A DNA stretch of 64,000 bases from Candidatus Woesebacteria bacterium (GTDB lineage: Bacteria; Patescibacteriota; Microgenomatia; UBA8517). Every line of letters begins with the position of its first letter. Position 1 is the stretch's first letter. A program made the position numbers and the translations under genes. The notes beneath the pieces are model-generated. The model was not told the DNA's origin and made no database searches. It saw nothing but the letters and a program-made list of their open reading frames with translations. The stretch is taken from positions 74,479 through 138,478 of the forward strand of contig OY970314.1 in assembly GCA_963716475.1 (NCBI GenBank). The letters are read 5' to 3'. Positions 9,492 through 18,300 of this stretch are shown here, in pieces.

Positions 9492-9715
9492 AATTCGTCA
9501 GAGCTGTCCATTCCTTCATCCTCTTGTCTTAGGATACTTTTTGTGATGTTGGCAGCAAGATCCGAGTTCTTCGGCTTACTTAGGTCAAGGCTCTCGGTTT
9601 CGCCGCTTTCCACATTTTCCATCTTGACTCTGCAACCACGCAGGTGAGTGTAAAGGTTCCCACCTCTTGGATCAAAATCATAATTGTCTATATTATAGTG
9701 ACTACCTTTTTCCAT
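9488..9715 (-). CDS. Hypothetical acidic small protein
   Basis: 75-aa ORF filling the gap between the IPK and idi genes on the opposite strand. No motif recognised. Confidence 0.3.
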   Translation of the reverse strand: MEKGSHYNIDNYDFDPRGGNLYTHLRGCRVKMENVESGETESLDLSKPKNSDLAANITKSILRQEDEGMDSSDEF

Positions 9716-9757
9716 ATTCGTGAGATATTATATCATATAGCTAAAATTTGTTTAAAA

Positions 9758-10270
9758 ATGGCAAAACCTTTGGTTTTGGTTGATAAAAAAGATAGCGTAC
9801 TGGGATTTAAGGAAAAATTTGCTACTCATAAAATTCCGGTTCCGCTTCATCGGGCGATATCAATTGTTATTTTTAATAAAGGTAAAACAAAGATGCTTAT
9901 TACCAAAAGGGCCGAGGTTAAACCAACCTGGCCTGAATTTTGGACAAACGCGGTTTGCAGCCACCCGTATCCGAAAGAAACTTATCAAAAAGCGGCCGAA
10001 AGAAGGATTTACGAGGAGCTTGGCTTTAAAACAACGCTCAAAGAGGTTTTTCTCTTCACATATGAAGCGGAAATGGATAACAAAGTCTGGGGTGAGCATG
10101 AACTTGACCACGTATTTAAAGGAACTTACGAGGGGCCGGTTAAACCGGATCCGAACGAGACCTCGGGCTATGAATGGATAAGAATAGGGGATTTAAAGAA
10201 AGACGTAATAAATAACCCCCAAAAATATTCCCCATGGTTTATGATTATTTTAGAAAAGCTTAAGATATGA
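9758..10270 (+). CDS. idi: Isopentenyl-diphosphate delta-isomerase, type 1 (Nudix fold)
   Basis: 'LHRAISIVIFN', 'WTNAVCSHP' (catalytic Cys) and 'WGEHELDHVF' (catalytic Glu region). I chose ATG 9758 ('MAKPLVLVDKKD') over ORF-track 9644. Confidence 0.85.
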   Translation: MAKPLVLVDKKDSVLGFKEKFATHKIPVPLHRAISIVIFNKGKTKMLITKRAEVKPTWPEFWTNAVCSHPYPKETYQKAAERRIYEELGFKTTLKEVFLFTYEAEMDNKVWGEHELDHVFKGTYEGPVKPDPNETSGYEWIRIGDLKKDVINNPQKYSPWFMIILEKLKI

Positions 10271-10324
10271 AAGATATTCCCCTGGTTTGCTTCCGGGATA
10301 GTTGGATGTTATTATACCTATAAT

Positions 10325-10630
10325 ATGGCAGAAAGAATCGTCGAAGTGAGGATGTTTCCACCGGCTGTGGAAAATTTAAGATGTGCTTCAGATGAAAGGA
10401 TATGCACGGTAACCGGCAAGATAAAGGATGTATTACAGTCAAAAGGCTATATCAAGCCCGGCGAAAGAGTGGAGGTACGGCTAATTCCCGATTCTGAGGT
10501 TGATCCAGAATCTCTGTTAAGTACAGCTGCAGTGACCGAGGCGGTTACGGATGATGAACGTCATTTTTTTAAGATAGGTGATCCAGTGAGTGTACCCAAC
10601 ATTGAAGTCCCGGGTGTCAGGCAGAACTAG
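10325..10630 (+). CDS. Hypothetical protein
   Basis: 101-aa ORF in its own intergenic slot. No motif recognised. Confidence 0.4.
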   Translation: MAERIVEVRMFPPAVENLRCASDERICTVTGKIKDVLQSKGYIKPGERVEVRLIPDSEVDPESLLSTAAVTEAVTDDERHFFKIGDPVSVPNIEVPGVRQN

Positions 10631-10636
10631 ACGGTT

Positions 10637-11611
10637 TTAGTACTTTCTCTCAAGGACGAAGTTGATCAGCTCCTTCAGCTCGCTTCTGGCAGGCTCTTTC
10701 GAAAGAAAGCCGAGGTTTTTATCAAATATTTCCAGGGCTTTGGTTTTAGCATCATTCGCCAGTTTCCTTGCATAGGGTACGCCTCTTGTATTTGCTAAGG
10801 TCATTTTTCCCTCTTTACCGTCTTGTTCTATATCCAGAATATCATCAATCAGTTGAAAACACCGTCCAAGATATAAACCAAAATCAGTAATCTTATTTAA
10901 TTGATTATGGGTTGCTCCGGCGAGGATCGCCCCCAGCCTCATCGGCCCGGCCATTGAGTAATATGCACTTTTACTGTCGGCTATAAAAAAATATTCATCC
11001 TGACTTACCTTTTTGGCCTTTTTATTGGTCCAAATTTGTTCGACTCCTTGTCCGAGGGCGGTTCTGAGTAGCATTTTGTAAAACTCTTCACTAATGGCCT
11101 TGGAGTTTTGGTCATTAATAATTTTCCACATAATAATGTGCAGAGAGTCACCGGCGTTAATTGCCAGCTCGTGGCCGTAAATTTTATGTAAAGCGGGCTT
11201 ACCTCTTCTAACCGCCGAGCCGTCTTCAATATCGTCATGGATTAAGATCCATTCTTCGGAGAGCTGCATCGCCGCAGCAACCTTAAAAGCCTTTTGCCTT
11301 TTGGCTCCAAGAGCCTGTGCCGTGAGAAGAACCAGGGTGGGGCGCAGGTACTTGCCCTTCCTTTCCGGGTAAATTCTGTTTATTTTCCAGTACAAATTTA
11401 TGTCCTTTTTGTATTTGTCTGGGATCCGGAATTGGGTAGGGTAACTCGGATCCCTCAAATATTTTTTAATTTCTGGCCAGACGAGCTGTCTGGTCCTTTC
11501 TAAAGTTTTCTGTATCACAGCCGTATTATATCGCACGAATGCCTTGTGGTATAATTTCCTGATATGTCGGAGACAATATCGCTTCCCAGAGGCACAGTAA
11601 TTCCCAGCCAC
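10637..11611 (-). CDS. Polyprenyl (geranylgeranyl/farnesyl-type) diphosphate synthase
   Basis: Two Asp-rich motifs, 'LIHDDIEDGSAVRRGKPALH' and 'FQLIDDILD'. The start is uncertain: ATG 11611 overlaps divergent uppS by 48 nt, and an in-frame GTG at 11536 would give 300 codons. Confidence 0.82.
   Translation of the reverse strand: MAGNYCASGKRYCLRHIRKLYHKAFVRYNTAVIQKTLERTRQLVWPEIKKYLRDPSYPTQFRIPDKYKKDINLYWKINRIYPERKGKYLRPTLVLLTAQALGAKRQKAFKVAAAMQLSEEWILIHDDIEDGSAVRRGKPALHKIYGHELAINAGDSLHIIMWKIINDQNSKAISEEFYKMLLRTALGQGVEQIWTNKKAKKVSQDEYFFIADSKSAYYSMAGPMRLGAILAGATHNQLNKITDFGLYLGRCFQLIDDILDIEQDGKEGKMTLANTRGVPYARKLANDAKTKALEIFDKNLGFLSKEPARSELKELINFVLERKY
11547..11555 (+). promoter_or_regulatory. Extended -10 element (TGGTATAAT) upstream of uppS
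   Basis: Perfect TGnTATAAT ending 8 nt before the uppS ATG (11564), which implies a leaderless or 1-3 nt leader transcript. Confidence 0.45.
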
Positions 11612-12841
11612 ATCGCTATGATCTTAGACGGCAACAGACGTTGGGCCAGGGCCCGCGGTCTGAAGCCTTGGGAAGGTCATTATCATGGTTTTAAAGCGGT
11701 CGAAAAGCTTGCCGAAGCTGCCAGGCAATTGGGAGTACATACCTTTACCGTTTGGGCATTTTCTACAGAAAATTGGGAGCGTCCCAAAGAGGAGGTCGAC
11801 GCGATAATGAATCTCTTCCGGAAGGCTCTTAAAGAAAAAGAAAAAGAATTCCATCGGGACAGGGTTGCCTTAGTTCACCTGGGCAGGAAAGACAGATTGC
11901 CTGAGGATATCAGCCGGGAATTAACCAGAATCGAAAAAGATACAGCGGTTTACTCTCAAAACCACGTCTTTAACTTGGCGGTAGATTATGGGGGTAGAGA
12001 TGAGATTTTAAGGGCCACTAAGAAAATCGTTGAAAATAAAGTTCCGGCAGCCAAGATTGATGAAAAACTGTTTGAAAGCTACCTGGATACAGCAGGACAA
12101 CCGTATCCGTCCCCGGATCTATTTATTCGCACATCAGGAGAGCAGCGTACAAGCGGCCTTCTTCCTTGGCAGATGAGTTACACTGAATTTTATTTTGAGT
12201 CCGAGCACCTTCCGGATTTTACTCCTGAAAAACTTAAAGTGGCGGTTTTAGACTTTAGCAGGCGCAGGCGTAGGTTTGGCGGTGACGATACTACCAGGCA
12301 TTTTGAATTCAACCCGGGAGTTACGGCAAGACTTGAGATTGATTGGTGGAGGCTTCGGAATGTTCCCGGAGGTATGAGGATAAGGGACTATGCGATGAAG
12401 CACCTTAGAGAGCAATACGGGCTTTCTAAGAAGCTTGCAATTGAAGCCGCCAAATATTTGATTGAAGCAGTCGCCGAGGAGAAGGATGAAAAATGGGACA
12501 AGGCCACCGAAAGAATGAAAAAGTTCTATATGCTTATAAAAGAGGAGGTTAAACTTGCTTTCGAACCCAGGATAGTTGCTTCAATGGAGGTAGATTTTGT
12601 CAGGAAAATGGAAGGTAAAGATAGTGTGGCCGCGTCTTCCGAGGCAGAAAATATTGCCCGGGAGCATCTCGCCGAAGTATACAGAATCTCACTTCTTCAA
12701 GCCGCCAAGGCGGCTCATCTTAAGGTTCTGGCCTCGGTTGAAAGAAACATGGCTCTGGCCGGCTTGGGGGAAGAGCATTGGGCTAAAGCCGAAGATTACT
12801 TGTCAAAATATTACTCGGCACTAAAGGAACGCGTGGCATAG
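11564..12841 (+). CDS. uppS: Undecaprenyl (cis-polyprenyl) diphosphate synthase with ~175-aa C-terminal helical extension
   Basis: 'HIAMILDGNRRWA', 'FSTENWERP' and 'RTSGEQRTSGLLPWQ' cis-prenyltransferase motifs lie in the first ~245 aa. The remaining residues are Ala/Glu/Lys-rich with no family I recognise. Confidence 0.85.
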   Translation: MSETISLPRGTVIPSHIAMILDGNRRWARARGLKPWEGHYHGFKAVEKLAEAARQLGVHTFTVWAFSTENWERPKEEVDAIMNLFRKALKEKEKEFHRDRVALVHLGRKDRLPEDISRELTRIEKDTAVYSQNHVFNLAVDYGGRDEILRATKKIVENKVPAAKIDEKLFESYLDTAGQPYPSPDLFIRTSGEQRTSGLLPWQMSYTEFYFESEHLPDFTPEKLKVAVLDFSRRRRRFGGDDTTRHFEFNPGVTARLEIDWWRLRNVPGGMRIRDYAMKHLREQYGLSKKLAIEAAKYLIEAVAEEKDEKWDKATERMKKFYMLIKEEVKLAFEPRIVASMEVDFVRKMEGKDSVAASSEAENIAREHLAEVYRISLLQAAKAAHLKVLASVERNMALAGLGEEHWAKAEDYLSKYYSALKERVA

Positions 12842-12897
12842 TTTCCAATAATCTTCAAATTTGTAGTGATCTTGTTATCTACACGTCTAAATGGCTA

Positions 12898-12926
12898 TTG
12901 ACACAGTTGTTTCACTTTGATATTTT
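12898..12926 (+). promoter_or_regulatory. Sigma-70-type promoter (TTGACA-N17-TATTTT, TG at -15/-14)
   Basis: ggctaTTGACA at 12898-12903 and tgaTATTTT at 12918-12926, about 42 nt upstream of ORF 12969. An AGGAGA-like motif lies in the leader. Confidence 0.45.
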
Positions 12927-12968
12927 CTGACTAAGAAAGATAAGAGTTAGGCAGGAGACACTATAAAA

Positions 12969-13187
12969 ATGGATCAAAGCACTAAAAAGAAAATCAGATT
13001 GGAAGATCTTCCGGATCTTCTTACAGTACGGGAGGTAAGCGAACTCCTGCGGGTCTCGCCTTTAACAATTAAGCGTTGGGGTAAAAGGGGAAAACTCCCG
13101 GCTATCCGCATTAACTCCCGTGGAGACCGCAGATATAAAAAAGAGGCTGTCCTTTGGCTTCTGGGAATGCAGGCTAAGGAAGAGTAA
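12969..13187 (+). CDS. Excisionase-family / MerR-superfamily small HTH DNA-binding protein
   Basis: 72 aa; 'LLTVREVSELLRVSPLTIKRWGKRGKLPAIRINSRGDRRY' matches the excisionase-type HTH pattern. Confidence 0.68.
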   Translation: MDQSTKKKIRLEDLPDLLTVREVSELLRVSPLTIKRWGKRGKLPAIRINSRGDRRYKKEAVLWLLGMQAKEE

Positions 13188-13219
13188 CTTCTTCGTTCCT
13201 TCTCCGTGTTAATATAATA

Positions 13220-13489
13220 TTGATGAAGAAGCATGGAGGCTATCATTATATTCTTACGGCACTCGAGGTTTTGCTGAGTAAAGCCGCGTTTTTATTGGTT
13301 AGTATTGCAGCAGTACTGGCAGGTTATCTTATTTTCGTTGGTCAAAAAACTCCTTTAAAATTCATCTTCGGTATTCCTCTTATACTTGGCGGAGCCGGTT
13401 TGACCATAAACTTATTATGGACAATTATCCTGGTTATCTTTTCACCAAAATATAATCGCGGGGTTTGCAAGATCTGCAATCCAAGCTGA
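13220..13489 (+). CDS. Small membrane protein (about 3 TM)
   Basis: 89-aa ORF that is almost entirely hydrophobic segments. No motif recognised. Confidence 0.4.
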   Translation: MMKKHGGYHYILTALEVLLSKAAFLLVSIAAVLAGYLIFVGQKTPLKFIFGIPLILGGAGLTINLLWTIILVIFSPKYNRGVCKICNPS

Positions 13490-13615
13490 TCTACTTAGTT
13501 CTAATTGACTATTCGTTTTTCATAGGATAAAACACCCTTTAGAAGAACTTGACAGCAACCTTCTGCCCGAGGGAACTCCAATCTTCGTTTTTACTGGCAT
13601 GGTGCTTAACATTTT

Positions 13616-13834
13616 ATGATGCTTATATTTGCATTTCTGACACTTGGTTATTTTGCCGGCGTAATCACGGCACTTGTCATATTCCCTCCAAAGGTAAAAG
13701 AGATTGAAATGCAGGAAAAAGATGCTGCCGGACCGGTTAACGACCTGATTACGTATGAAGAACCGCAGCTTAACCCGGTAATAGGCAAAGATTTGAGAAT
13801 AGAAATTGGTAATACGCAACCCGCTTCGCTATAG
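13616..13834 (+). CDS. Small single-pass membrane protein
   Basis: 72-aa ORF with an N-terminal hydrophobic helix and an acidic tail. Confidence 0.33.
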   Translation: MMLIFAFLTLGYFAGVITALVIFPPKVKEIEMQEKDAAGPVNDLITYEEPQLNPVIGKDLRIEIGNTQPASL

Positions 13835-13845
13835 AATTAAATGTA

Positions 13846-15228
13846 ATGTATCCTCCCCAAACCTCCCTGATCCCGGTTGCAGTAGCTCTTGCCAGGTTTT
13901 TGGGAGAGAAGGGCTTATCAGCCTTAACCTCCAGTTATCCTTATTGGTATCTGGGAACGACTCCTTACGGGTATTTGACAGGACCCGTTATCCCGATCCT
14001 CTCAGTTTTAGTTAAAAAAATCGCTTCAGGAGCTACATATTTTGATATCGAAATAGTATTGGTTCTTGCTTCCTGTCTGGCGTCTTCAGTAGGCTGGTCT
14101 CTTCTTGTAGCCAGAATTAAAGAAGAAAAAATAAATCTGTCATCTTTTGCGATCTATTTTCTGCTTTTCGCGGTTCTGCCTTGGAAGTACCTCAACGGAT
14201 TAGCTTTAGCCGAGCCCTCGGCATTTATTGCGGAAATGCTTATTCCGTATGTATTTTTGGCCGTGGCGAAAAACCGCTATCTTGGAATCATCTCGGTTTT
14301 GACAGTACTTCTTATTAGTACAAACGTGCTGCCGGTTTTAATTGTGGGGATGGCAGTTCTGGCCTTGACCGGATCGTTTACTGGGGGAAAATTAAAAAAA
14401 TGGAAGGAGTCTGTAAAAAGAAGCATTATAATTTTGATTTTTGGACTCGCTTTAGCGACTTTTTACTACACGCCGGGCTTTTGGCTGACAGTTTTGGTTA
14501 ATCCCTCTGTCGGGGGAGTTCCCGGGGTAAAAGCCATGCTGTCACTGATCGGAATGGCAAGAAACGCGATACCCATACTTCTTGCCTTTATTGTAATTTA
14601 CCTTTCAAGGAGAATTCCGGATAAAATTAGCTTTTTTGGCTGGGCATGGGTATTGGTTTTTGCTTTTCTGACCGTTTGGAGAGCTCTAGGTAACATCCAT
14701 TTTTGGATGGACTGGATAAGTTGGTTTGGGGAAATCGAGATAGGTTTAGGAATCCTGATTGCGGCCAATCTTAAGAACCTCCGCCGGCTTTTTCTTTTGG
14801 TTTTGCCGTTTCTTGCGACATTTCTGGTTTTTAATGCAATCGGGAAGCCCGTGCTTATCACAAAGAGTCCTCCGCCCGAAATAACAAGTATTTCCAAACT
14901 CGCGGGTCTTGCGGGCGGAAGTCTTGTTTTTACTTCAGGGACAGGTGTGTTTTGGTTGAATGCTTTTTATAATACACCGCAGGTGCGGGGAGGAAGGGAC
15001 GAGGTATCGGTCAGTTCCATGTGGCTTCCTGTTTCATATGCCCTAAGGGAAGGAACTGACGAAAAAGTTATTTCTCAGGACCTGGGTGAACTTGGTATTT
15101 CCTACATATTGGTCAATTCATATGCATCTTACGACTATTACCATGATTATAAGAACGTTAACCTTTGGGACAGTGTTGCTAAAGCGGTTTGGCAGGGGTC
15201 GGGAGACGTTATTTACGTATTCAAGTAA
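13846..15228 (+). CDS. Polytopic membrane protein, GT-C-like (paralogue of 43814-45154)
   Basis: 460 aa with more than 10 hydrophobic segments and a C-terminal soluble tail. Its N-terminal 'TGPVIPILSVLV' block resembles 'SGPVIPVLTNLL' in ORF 43814. Confidence 0.55.
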   Translation: MYPPQTSLIPVAVALARFLGEKGLSALTSSYPYWYLGTTPYGYLTGPVIPILSVLVKKIASGATYFDIEIVLVLASCLASSVGWSLLVARIKEEKINLSSFAIYFLLFAVLPWKYLNGLALAEPSAFIAEMLIPYVFLAVAKNRYLGIISVLTVLLISTNVLPVLIVGMAVLALTGSFTGGKLKKWKESVKRSIIILIFGLALATFYYTPGFWLTVLVNPSVGGVPGVKAMLSLIGMARNAIPILLAFIVIYLSRRIPDKISFFGWAWVLVFAFLTVWRALGNIHFWMDWISWFGEIEIGLGILIAANLKNLRRLFLLVLPFLATFLVFNAIGKPVLITKSPPPEITSISKLAGLAGGSLVFTSGTGVFWLNAFYNTPQVRGGRDEVSVSSMWLPVSYALREGTDEKVISQDLGELGISYILVNSYASYDYYHDYKNVNLWDSVAKAVWQGSGDVIYVFK

Positions 15229-15350
15229 TCCTGTAGTTGTTGCGGTAATTATTCTTTTCATAGACCCATAGCATATTCTGGCTTCAGTTTGTGTATATTT
15301 TCACTCAAAATCGTACCATTTCCCTATTTCTTATGTGGCCTATAAGGCTA

Positions 15351-15380
15351 TTGACAAACGTTCCCATGGTTGGTAACAAT
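15351..15380 (+). promoter_or_regulatory. Promoter of giant gene 1: TTGACA-N11-GGTTGGTAACAAT
   Basis: TTGACA at 15351-15356 and TGgTAACAA extended -10-like at 15371-15379. The same 13-mer at the same spacing recurs upstream of giant gene 2. Confidence 0.5.
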
Positions 15381-15394
15381 TAATTAGTAGCAAA

Positions 15395-18300
15395 ATGCCC
15401 ACAAAAGAAAAAATCTCCGCGGTAAAAAAAGTTTTGGAAGGAATTTCTGTCTCTTCTGTTGCATCTGAGGCCGGGGTTGCCAGAAAAACAATATATTCGT
15501 GGCTAAATATTTATAAAGCCGCTGCCAAAAGAAACAAAAAAACCTGTCTCTTGCCCAAATATGTGGCGGGAAGGGCTCACCCGAGGGAATATACGCACAC
15601 TTTGGAGCAGAAGACAGTAAGACTAATAAAGAAGGACCCGACACTTAGCGTTTCCAAAATGGCTGAAAGATTAAACGCAGGACATCATGCGGTTTACAAT
15701 CTTTTAAAGGCCTTAAAATTGAACACAGAAGATTCCAGGCTTGCATACTCCCGGATTTACTCATATCCCGGTATTTTTGACCCCCAAATTAAGGAATCGG
15801 TTGCAAGGAAAATTGTGAATTCGGAAGGAAAAGTCACGGATATTTCCAGGGAGCTACGGGTTTCCAGAAAGACTATATATAAATGGTTAAAAGAATACAA
15901 AGAGAAGGGAACAGTAAGAAATAACTATTTGAAAGGTTTTGAACACCCCAGATCACTTGGCCCGGAGGCGGAAGCGTCAGTGCTCTCGCAAGTCGTAAAG
16001 GCGCCGGAACTTTCAATTCATGCCTTGGCCACCGGTTTAAACTTTTCCAATCATGCGGTTTTTAATATTCTAAAAAGAAATTTCCTGACTCAAAGAAATG
16101 CCAGGATTATCTATTCTCAGGCTCAGGCTATCCGGGTTTCCGAAAAACCGGAAGCTATCGGTTTTATCGACAGGATAAAGAGTGTTTTTGAAACCTTTAC
16201 TCCGAATCTGGCCCCGGCTCCGCCTCCGGGGGGAAAATCCAAGTTTAGCCCTCTTCTTAAAATCTCCCTGGCTTCGATAATCGTTTTACCGCTTTTCACT
16301 CTTGCCCTGGTCTATTGGGTGAATCTATTAAGGTCCGGTGCAGCAGGGAACGTCGTCGGGCTTATCTTTGCCACAATATCCCTGATTATGGGTACTTTCT
16401 TCTTTTTATATTCACTCAAATATTATTTTACGGTCGCTTTGGTTCTTTCCCGCACCCAGCAGGAAGGGTCAAAAAGCCGTACTTCTATCGGTCTTGAACC
16501 CAATCTCGATCACGTAATTCTCACAAAGAAGCCATACATATCAGTTCATATACCTTTTTATAATGAGAAGAATGTAGTAGAGCGTGCAATTGAGGCTTCA
16601 ACCAATTTCGATTACCCGGAGTATGAAGTGATTCTTTGTGATGATTCAACCGATGAAACAACAACCATTATCAGGGATTATCAAAAGAAATATCTTTCAA
16701 AAGGGGAGAGCTTAAAAATAACTACCAATAGTCAAGACGGCTGGGAGCTGTCCCATGTGGATGTCAGACCGGGAGTAACCCTTAAACATCTTCACAGGAT
16801 CTCAAGAGAAGGTTACAAGGGGGGAGCACTCAGGCTAGCTCTTACTCAGACTGATCCCAGGGCTGAGTTTGTCTCTGTCTTTGATGCCGATTTTGTTCCA
16901 TATCCTGATTCTCTAAACCTTTTCCTCAAGTACTTTAAAGCTGAGAATAACATGAGTGAGGATTATACAGTAAGTAAGGTTGCTGCGGTTCAAGGTTACC
17001 AGTGGCATGTACTTAATAAATCCGAAAACTGGATAACCAGGGGTGTCAGAAGTGAATATGCAGGTAGCTACGTTATCGAAAGAGCGGGAACTGAAATCTA
17101 TGGGGGACTAAAACAAATCTCGGGGTCAGTATATATGATTAGACGTAAGCCCCTAGAAGAAGTAGGCTGGGCCACATCAATCACTGAGGACTTTGAACTT
17201 ACTCTCAAACTATATAATGCCGGCTACAAGGTGGTCTATACACCTTATATACAAGCTCCTGCAGAATGTGTATCAACCCTAAGACGCTTAGTGAGGCAAC
17301 GTATGCGTTGGGCCGAGGGTCATTCTTTCAATGTCAAAAAGATGTTTGCAAAGCTTATGTTCTCTCCGAAACTTTCTTCTGCCGAGAAGTTTGAAACGGT
17401 TTACCTTGCCCCTTACTACCTTCAGGCATTCTTTTTTGTAGTCGGAACTCTTTCCTGGTTTATCAGTGAGACTCTCCTGCCTGCCCGTCTGCCTTTCTGG
17501 ACAGAACTTTGGGGATGGAGTCTGGTCTTAACCAACATGGTAGCCCTTCCCCTTATGAACACCGTCGGAATGTTCCTGGAAGAAAGTGAACAGAAGGACT
17601 ATACAGGAATACTATCATTCGTCGCTCTTTCATACCTTGTGGTCCCGTTTCAGGCCTACGCGGCTGTCAAGGGCTTTCTGGAGACCTCAGAAGGGCCTTG
17701 GTTTAGAACTCCCAAGACCGGTAGAATCACAGACGTCTTTGCCAGGGGTAAATTCTACAGGCTTATCAGACAGATCCTTCCCAGAAGAGCCACCTCATTC
17801 CAAAGTACTTATTCATACAACTACATTACCTTAACGACAGCAAATAATAGATTTAGCAATTTTAAAATAAAAAGGTCGGGAAATAAATATATTTCAAAAG
17901 CATTACTTACGGGATTAACGATTATTATTTTACTTTTGAATCAACTTAGCTTCTTTGCCCCGGGAGTACTTGCGGCAAGTCCTAACCCTACTATTGAACA
18001 ACAAATAAATTTTATGGATAAATTATACTCTACAACCAGCACGAGTGCCGCACCGGGCGATAATTCTTTAGGAATGTTTACTTGGAATGACTCAAAATAT
18101 AATAACGCAACTGTTAATATGGACTATGATGCTGGGAAAAGCGGAAACTTGTCTTATGGCCTAACTTCTGTGGGACTTTCTTTGGTTAATGGAACAACAT
18201 ACACACCGGCAATAAGGTATCAATGTCTTGCAGTGAGTGGAATAGCAACCGAATACGCTATTCCAGGGTTATATACGTCAGGTGGAGTTTTAGTTCAATT

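Noticed and set aside
12969-13187. The excisionase-family HTH gene as the edge of a prophage or genomic island containing the cassettes.
   Set aside because: There is no integrase, no att-like repeat and no adjacent tRNA (the tRNAs are 9 kb away). I cannot measure a compositional boundary without computation.
15395-16150. Transposase-like HTH sequences at the 5' ends of the three giant genes (also 20474-21240 and 35013-35650) might indicate IS elements.
   Set aside because: The HTH modules run in frame into TM helices and a GT2 domain. There is no DDE/integrase core and I saw no terminal inverted repeats or target duplications. These are domain fusions, not mobile elements.
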